Assembly (NCBI RefSeq): GCF_009914755.1
Contig: NC_060935.1
Source: the human T2T-CHM13v2.0 reference genome, Homo sapiens
DNA: 64,000 nucleotides
Reading direction: 5' to 3' (one strand)
Part shown: piece by piece, positions 56,286 through 64,000 of the stretch
Layout: every line of letters begins with the position of its first letter
Position numbering within the stretch: position 1 is the first letter of the stretch
Notes under the pieces: model-generated
Database searches by the model: none
Told to the model about the DNA's origin: nothing
What the model saw: only the letters and a program-made list of their open reading frames with translations
Position numbers and translations under genes: made by a program

Positions 56286-58569
56286 CAGAGATACCTCAGA
56301 GATATTGTGTATTCAGTTCCAGACCACCACCATAAAGCAAAAATTGCAATAAAGCATATAAAAGTTATGTTTACACTATATTATAATCTATTAACTGCAA
56401 TAGCATTATGTCTAAAAATGTACACAAAATTTTAAAATGCTGCATTGCAAAAAAAAATGCGAACAAACATAACAATGCAATTGTAATCTTTTTGCTGGTG
56501 GAGGGTCCTGCCTCCATGTAGATGACTGATGACTGATTAGGGTAGTGGTGGTTGAAGACTGGAGTGGCTGTGACAATTTCTAAAAATAAGACAACCATGA
56601 AGTTTGGTGCATCAATTGACTCTTCCTTTCATAAAATATTTCTCTGTAGCATGTGATGCTGTTTGATAGCATTTTACTCACAGCAGAACTTCTTTCAAAA
56701 CTGAAGTTAGTCCTCTCAAACCCTGCCACTGCTTTATCAACTAAGTTTATGTGATATTCTAAATTTTGTTGTCATTTCAAAAATATTCACAGCATCTTCA
56801 CTAGGAGTATATTCCATTTCAAGAAATCACTTTCTTTGCTCATCCATAAGAAGCAATTCTTCACTCATTCATGTTTTATCGTGAGACTGCAAAAAGTCAG
56901 TCCCATCTTCAGGCTCCACTTCTAGTTCTCTTGCTGTTTCCATTATATCTATAGTTACTTTATCCACTTAAGACTTGAACCCTTCAAAGTCTTCCATGAG
57001 GGTGGGAATCAACATTTACCAGACTCCATCAGTGTTGATATTCTGACCTTCTCTCATGAATCACAAATGTTCTCAATGGCATCCAGAATGATGAATCCTT
57101 TCCAAAAGGTTTTCAACTTAATCTGCCCAGATCCATCAGAGGAATCACTATCTGTGGCAGATATAACCTTATGAAATTTATCTCTTAAATAATAAGGCTA
57201 CAAAACAGAAATCACTCTTTGATCCATGGGCTACAGAATGAATGTTGTGTTAGCAGGCATGAAAACAACATTCATCTTGTACATCTCCATTAGAGCTCTT
57301 GGGTGACCAGGCGCATTGTCAATGAGCAGTAATATTTGGAAAGAAGACATTTTTGTGAGAAGTAGGTCTCAAATGTGGGCTTAAAATTTCAGTAAACCAT
57401 GCTGTAAGCAAAGGTGCTATCATTCAGGCTTTGTTGTTTTATTTAATGAGCACAGGCAGAGCAAATTTAGCATAACTTCTTAAGGCCCTAGGAATTTCAA
57501 AACAATAAATGAGCAGTGGCTTCAACTTAAAGTCACCAGCTTCATTAGTCACTAACAGGAGAGTCAGTCTGTCCTTTGGGGCTGTGAAGCCAAGCATTGA
57601 TTACTCCTCTCTAGCTATGAAAGGATTAGTTAGCATCTTCTAAGGCTTAAATCTGTTGTTTAGTGTAGCCATCTTCTATCAATGTCTTAGGTAGATCTTC
57701 TGGATAACTTGCTGCAGCTTCTACATCAGCACTTGCTGCTTCCACCTTTTATGTTATAGAGACAGCTACTTTCTTTAAACCTCCTGAACCAATCTGTGCT
57801 AGCTTCAAGCTTTTCTCCTACAATGTCCTCACTTCTCTCCCCTTCACAAAACTGAAAACAGGGCCTTGCTCTGGATTAGGCTTTGGCTTAAGGAATCTTG
57901 TGCTTGGTTTGATCTTTTCCAAAATCAAACTTTCTCCATATCAGCAATAAGGCTGTTTTGCTTATCATTCACGTGTTCACTGGAATAGCACTTTTAATTT
58001 CATTCAACAAATTTTCTTTTTCTTTAAAAACTTGGTTAAATGGTGCAAGAGGCCTAGCTTTCAGCCTATCTTGGCTTTCAACATGCGCTCCTCATTAGGC
58101 TTAATCATTTCTGGCTTTCGATTTAAAGTGAAAGACATGTGACTCTTCCTTTCACTTAAAACACTGCAGGGTTATTAATTGTCCTAATTTTAATATTGTC
58201 TCTCAGGGACTAGGAAGGGCCAAGGAGAGGGAGAGAGATGGAAGAATGGTCAGTCACTGGAGCAATCAGAATGCACACAACACTTATTGCCATCTTATAT
58301 GGGTGCAATTTGTGACACCCCCTAACAAGTACAATAGTAACATCAAAAATCACTGATCACAGATCACAACAGATATAATAATGAAGAAAAAGTTTGAAAT
58401 ACTGTGAGAATTACCAAAATGTGACACAAAGGCACAAAATGAGCACATGCTGTTGGAAAAATGGCACCAACAGACTTGCTTGACACAGTTGCCAAAACTT
58501 CAAATTTGTAAAAAACACAAGATCTGCAGAGTGCAATAAATCAAAGCATGATATGATGAAGTATGCCTA
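56286..58569 (-). mobile_element. Near full-length Tigger1 (TcMar/pogo DNA transposon), decayed
   Basis: Ends cagagatacctcagagatattg / gaagtatgccta resemble Tigger1 TIRs; TA on both sides; about 2.3 kb; no long transposase ORF. Confidence 0.88.
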
Positions 58570-59403
58570 TATTTTGTAAAGTGAGTTAAATCTCAACTAA
58601 AATGGTCATTTACCCTTTTCTCATTTACAAAATAATCTCTTCATAACCACTTCCCCAATTTTTCTTGTTCTTTAAAAGTTAAACTTTTATTTTCTCTCTA
58701 AATAGAACCACAATTTGAAGACAGTATTCAATACTGTTTAAATAGGAATTCTAAAATGAGAAATGGCCAACTAGTTTTTTACAAACTAATCACTTTCTTC
58801 AACTAACTGCTTTGATATTAACACATAGTGATGAAGGAGAAAACAGTTTCTTATTTCTAATAATTGTGTAAGGATGTTATTAAAATGATAATGTAGATCT
58901 ATTTTTACTGACACAGAAGAAGTCCATGACATAGTGTACAGTGTGAAAAGCATATAAGATATGATTTCATTATGACAATGTGTGTGTGAGGAGGTGCTTA
59001 CATGGATATCTGTGAAAATGTTCATCTAAATATTAATAGTAGCTATGTAAGGGTAATAGAATTGTGGATGCTTGTAATTTCCTTCTTTATACTCTTCTGA
59101 AATGTTTAAAATATTTAAAATGAGTATATTTTATGGGGGAATAGAAGCTTCAACTTCAACTATACCAAGTTAAAGTTACTTCTTTAAAATATGTATATAT
59201 ATTTGAAATATCCTCTAATTTAAAACAGGAAAAATGTTAAAGAAAAATAAAATAAAACTAGTACATGCATAGAAAAAGTGAAGTTAATAATTTTTAAATT
59301 GGTTATATCTGGTTGATAATTTTTATTTTCTCCACACTTATATTTGCCTAATTTTTCACAATGAACATATTTTGCTTTTATAAAAGCTCTTAAGACTAAA
59401 TTT

Positions 59404-59714
59404 ATTATTTATTTATTTTACTGTTTTTGGAGACAAGGTCTCACTCTGTCGCCCAGGCTAGAATGCAGTGGTATGATCATAGCTCACTGCAGCCTCAAAC
59501 TTCTGGGCTCAAGTGATACTCACATCTCAGCACCCCACAGTAGCCAGGACTACAGCCGAATGCCTCTATATCCTGCTAATTTTTTAAAAATTTTTTTAGA
59601 GAAGGAGTTTTGCTATGTTGCCCAGTCTGGTCTCAAACTCTTGGCCTCAAGTGATCCTCCTTCCTCAGCCTTTCAAAATGCTGAGATTACAGGCATGAGC
59701 CATCATGCCTGGCC
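59404..59714 (-). mobile_element. AluJ
   Basis: Full Alu; TSD aagactaaattt. Confidence 0.88.
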
Positions 59715-59832
59715 CAAGACTAAATTTAAAACTTGGTAAACTTGTGTGTGTGTGTGTCAGAGTTTTTCAGGCCAGGCAGCTTTTCTAATCATTTCAAGTA
59801 AGTTGCCAAATATCTTTTAAAACAAGTTTTGA

Positions 59833-60091
59833 CATCAGGCTTGATCATTTCTAGCTTTTGATTTAAAGTGAAAGACATGCAACTCTCCCTTTCACTTGAA
59901 CCACTGTAGGATTATTAATTGGCCTAATTTCAATATTTTTGTGTATCAGGGACTAGGGAGGCCCAAGGAGAGGGAGAGAGATGAAGAGTGGTCAGTCAGC
60001 TGAGCAATCAGAACATATACATTTATTAAGTATACCATCTTATATGGGTGCAATTTGTGGTGCCCCAAAGCAATTTAAATGGTAATATTAA
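59833..60091 (-). repeat. Internal Tigger1 fragment duplicating 58093-58346
   Basis: Colinear similarity to the nearby Tigger1 copy; no TIRs. Confidence 0.85.
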
Positions 60092-60648
60092 CACAATTTT
60101 CTTCTTGTTGTGGTTGTTCTTATTGCAGTTTCTTTAATGTTAAAAACACACATTTTAATTTTTTTATTGTTCTAACATTTAATTCTTATTTTATATAATA
60201 ATTTGAATCCTGGAAAAATAGTATTGGTATTTATCCAATCGCAGGATGGAAAAGATGGAGGAGCTCATGAGGGAGATTCTGGCCTCACTATCAAGGAAGT
60301 GAACAGCCAAACTAAAATTACCTGGTCCATCTCTGCATCATGAAAAGGTCTAAACAAAGACTCCACTATTGCTTTCAGCAACGGCCAAGACCTGAAGATG
60401 AAACTATCCTCATTTTAGCTAATGAAAATGTTCTCCACTTTAATTAAAATCCACTTGGTCCTCCATAAACAGAAGATAATTAATCTGTATTTTCTTTAGT
60501 AAAAATGTTAACATACTTGAAAATGGTACATTTCCTCTTTTCTTTACTTCCTTTCCTTAGAGATTTATTTTTCAATCATTTTTCCTATTAACCATTGACT
60601 TAGAAGAAACCTGAAAGTTCACAGTAGCTTCATTTGCTTTCTATATAC

Positions 60649-60762
60649 CTCAATAGCAGCTCCATTCTCAATCCTTATGTGAGGAACTTTTCCTTCTGTA
60701 AAGTTGCCCCGACCCCATTGTTGCTGAGATGCTTTTCTCTCTACATTTGAGGTTCTTGAGGG
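60649..60762 (-). CDS. STK33: STK33 coding exon 2 (aa 76-113, PSRTS...GAAIE)
   Basis: T-rich tract + ggtcccag| acceptor; GAG|gtatat donor; 114 nt, phase 0-0. Confidence 0.96.
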
Positions 60763-61345
60763 CTGGGACCAAAAAAAAAATTAAAAAAAAAAAACTTTAA
60801 GATGTAATATTCTTTGTTGACAAAGAATCCTAATTTAGATAATCTGATAACTCTTTAACGTGTGCCATGTTTACTATGCACAAGATTGTTTACTGTCTTT
60901 TTCAAATTCTAAGCCCTATGCAATTCATTGGCTCATTAGGCTAAAGGAGACCTTAAGAATATATTCAATCCAATCCCCTGAATCCAGGAAAGTCTACATG
61001 ATAACCAGCATAGCAGATTCATCAAAGCTTACCTAGTGATTCTCTGAAATCAAAGAAAGCAACTTTATAGCTTTCTCAATCACTCTCCTTTCACAATTTA
61101 ACAACCATTATCAAACAGCTTATAAGTAAATTATTGGCCACTCAAAAATATGCTTTGAGTGAAAATAACATAGTAACAACTCACTCAGATACATCCATAT
61201 GGCAGTAACTATATGATAATACAAATCAGAAATAACAGTCAAGGGAGAACATATGAAGAAGGCAAAATTTTGAGGAATGGGAACCTGACTTTTCTTAGGC
61301 TTATTGCTCTGTCTCCAAAGTTGTGCTGTATCAACCACAATCTTA

Positions 61346-61673
<328 letters not shown>

Positions 61674-62165
61674 TGATGAATACATCGAAATCAGTACAAT
61701 TGGGTAGCCATAGATTATTTGTAACTAATGCAAACTGATTTTGTAAAGTATAGTTGATATTCCACCTAGACAACCACAACTTAAATAACAAAGCCATAAC
61801 TACCCTTTACTTAACCACAACTATAAATCTAATTCTCCATCAGTTGAAGAAAATACTCAAAAATTCAGATTTAATTCAACTTGAAAACCAATTCATTTCT
61901 GTATAAACCATTAAAAAAAGAAGTTGGTATAACGTGTTTAATTACCTCATGTCCTGAGAAATAATTAATTTGGGCAGTGGTTTGAAACATCATATAACAA
62001 GTTACTAACCAAATTTACTCACCTCTTCTGTGAGAAAGAAATGTTTAATAGTTATGAAGGCAATGAATTAGCTAACAAGAACTCATGGGATATGGATGAA
62101 GCTAGGAGTACCATTAGGGAACGGGATGTCAACTTGTGCTTAGATGTGGAATCTTTGATATTTAC

Positions 62166-62390
62166 CAAATCTTTCCTGGAGGTTATATCTCTGTTGATAT
62201 TTTTTTCTTTTTTTCTCTCCAGTGAAATTAAAGATTCTGCACTACCAATGCTTGATGTCTGTGACATTTCCACCACCAAAACTGGAGGAACCCTTGTTTT
62301 GCTGGAACATACACAAAGTACATCTTTCTGAGAAGCAGATGAACAGTCGGGGCATTTTGTGGATTTTTTATCTAAGCCACTATCAGCCAT
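62166..62390 (-). CDS. STK33: STK33 coding exon 1 (aa 1-75, MADSG...SRKDL)
   Basis: Lies within ORF 62052-62390; donor TTG|gtaaat; 225 nt, phase 0. Confidence 0.97.
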
Positions 62391-62551
62391 TTGTTTAACT
62401 CTGCAACAAAAGCAACTTTAAAAATGTTTCCACTGTTTGAGGAAGAAAACCAGGCCAAAAAGGATAAGGTAGTTGATGGTGAAAACTGTAATTTCGAACT
62501 GGTGAAGTCCTCAGGTTAAGGATGCACTAGACACATATTCACACGTGAGAG
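62391..62551 (-). other. STK33: 5' UTR part of the first coding exon (161 nt)
   Basis: Strong acceptor atttcttttctttctgcag| at 62552-62553; ATG at 62388-62390. Alternative acceptors exist at 62433-62434 and 62401-62402. Confidence 0.7.
62516..62536 (-). promoter_or_regulatory. Upstream ORF (MCLVHP*) in the 5' UTR
   Basis: gaatATG TGT CTA GTG CAT CCT TAA, with A at -3. Stop lies 125 nt upstream of the main ATG. Confidence 0.6.
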
Positions 62552-64000
62552 CTGCAGAAAGAAAAGAAATAACCATTTAGAGAAATTCTTAACCTATTAC
62601 CATCCTGGAAATCAGAGAAAAGCTAGCAACTAGCACTAGAAGCATCCTGTATAGACATGAAAAGGACAAAATAGGACCACAAAACTGGTGAAAAGCATGG
62701 TCTAAAACAGCATCTTATCAAACTGCGTAGTGGGTTATGAAATCCATTTTGTGGGTTGATACCACTTTTTAAAAATAAAGTAGAATCAAAGAGATAATAT
62801 TTAGCATACCTCCTTGGAAATTTCTGTGAAACTTTTAATTGGACAGACATATATGTATAGAGTGTGTGTGTGCGTGTGTACTTGATCACAGTATGAAATG
62901 TATTTCTTAATGTGGGTTGTGGTTTTTAAAAAGGCTTAAAATATTGGTGTTAAACATACATTACTATGGTTTCAAATTTTAAACCTTAATCTATTGATTA
63001 TTAGAGCAAATTCCTATTACATACTTTACAAAGGAGTGAATAATTCGATTTTTAGAAAACTAGCTAATCCTAAAAGTTTAAGTATCCTCATAAGTATCCT
63101 CATTTTTATATTGAGCAAAAATAAAAATGAGTGGGTGCTATTTTTCCCTGAGTCTAAAATAGGTATGGCAGCATTTTACTTAACTAGGACCATTGGCAGC
63201 TGCATGGTGGCAAGTTGGAAAGATCTCAGTTGAGGAGGAAGAAAAATACACTCTGCAGTACATATAAAGGAGTACTTTGAGAAACTTCCAGAAGTAATTG
63301 GGAGTACATTATTATGGTTTTATGCTATACCATTTCAGACAGTCTTTAAAAGTAGATTCTGTAGTCATAGATTGATAAACCTGGGGATATATGCAATATA
63401 CTGTTATCCTTTGAACTGGAATAAACTTGACTAGAATAGGAAATTAAATATATTTATTTCATTAAAGAAATACCTGGTTTTCTAATCAGAAAGCTGTGCT
63501 TTTATCAAATCCTTATCTATTGTGATTGGCAGGAAAATCTGCCAGGCTCATACGATTTTATAAAAGATATTGCTAGTAGTTTACCTAAAAGTTGTCCTCT
63601 CATTCTTTCTTACTAACAGAATCCTGATCTTCTTTGGGGCAGCAATGTGCTCATTAACATCCTACATTTCCGGGCTTCTCTTTTAGATTAGGGGTAGCCA
63701 TGTGACTTATGGCCATTAAGCTTAACAGAATGCAGGCAAAGCTGCACTTAAAAGAAAATTTATATTCTTAAACCTTTATTAAAATCAGAGGAGAAAGGAT
63801 AAAAATATACTAAGTGTGCAGTCAAATCTAAAAGATAGAAAAACATAATTAAAGAGTAAGCTTAAGAAACAGAAATGACAAAGAAATTTTGTTGAATTTT
63901 GCCTATACGGTCCCAAATAAACGTACTCTTCACTACCTCTCAGCTTTCATATCTCCTTTCTCTCAGATACAGTAGCCTCTTGCTGCTCCTCTAATATGCC

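Overview
Human-type genomic DNA: a perfect five-diagnostic AluYa5 indicates Homo sapiens. The window covers most of the STK33 serine/threonine kinase gene on the minus strand. Eleven coding exons, from the ATG at 62390 down to the exon ending at 667, splice with canonical GT-AG boundaries and consistent phases into residues 1-448. These include the complete CAMK-type kinase domain. The last coding exon and the promoter/upstream non-coding exons lie outside the window. The introns are mostly transposon-derived: about 14 Alus, several L1s (including a three-layer nested, twin-primed L1 complex at 32.3-38.1 kb), a complete two-LTR THE1 MaLR element, a MER52/LTR27-like solo LTR, a near full-length Tigger1, and hAT MITEs. 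I see no evidence of a wholly new gene system. The best leads are: (i) two microexon-like AG-N5/N6-GT configurations in STK33 introns, one of them in-frame (Tyr-Glu) right after the kinase domain; (ii) alternative acceptors that would switch a uORF in or out; (iii) two independent local ~250-bp templated duplications; (iv) a perfected hairpin inside an Alu; (v) long inverted L1/Alu pairs flanking kinase exons; (vi) a very young AluYa5. Repeat subfamily calls are from recalled consensus sequences, not from a search.
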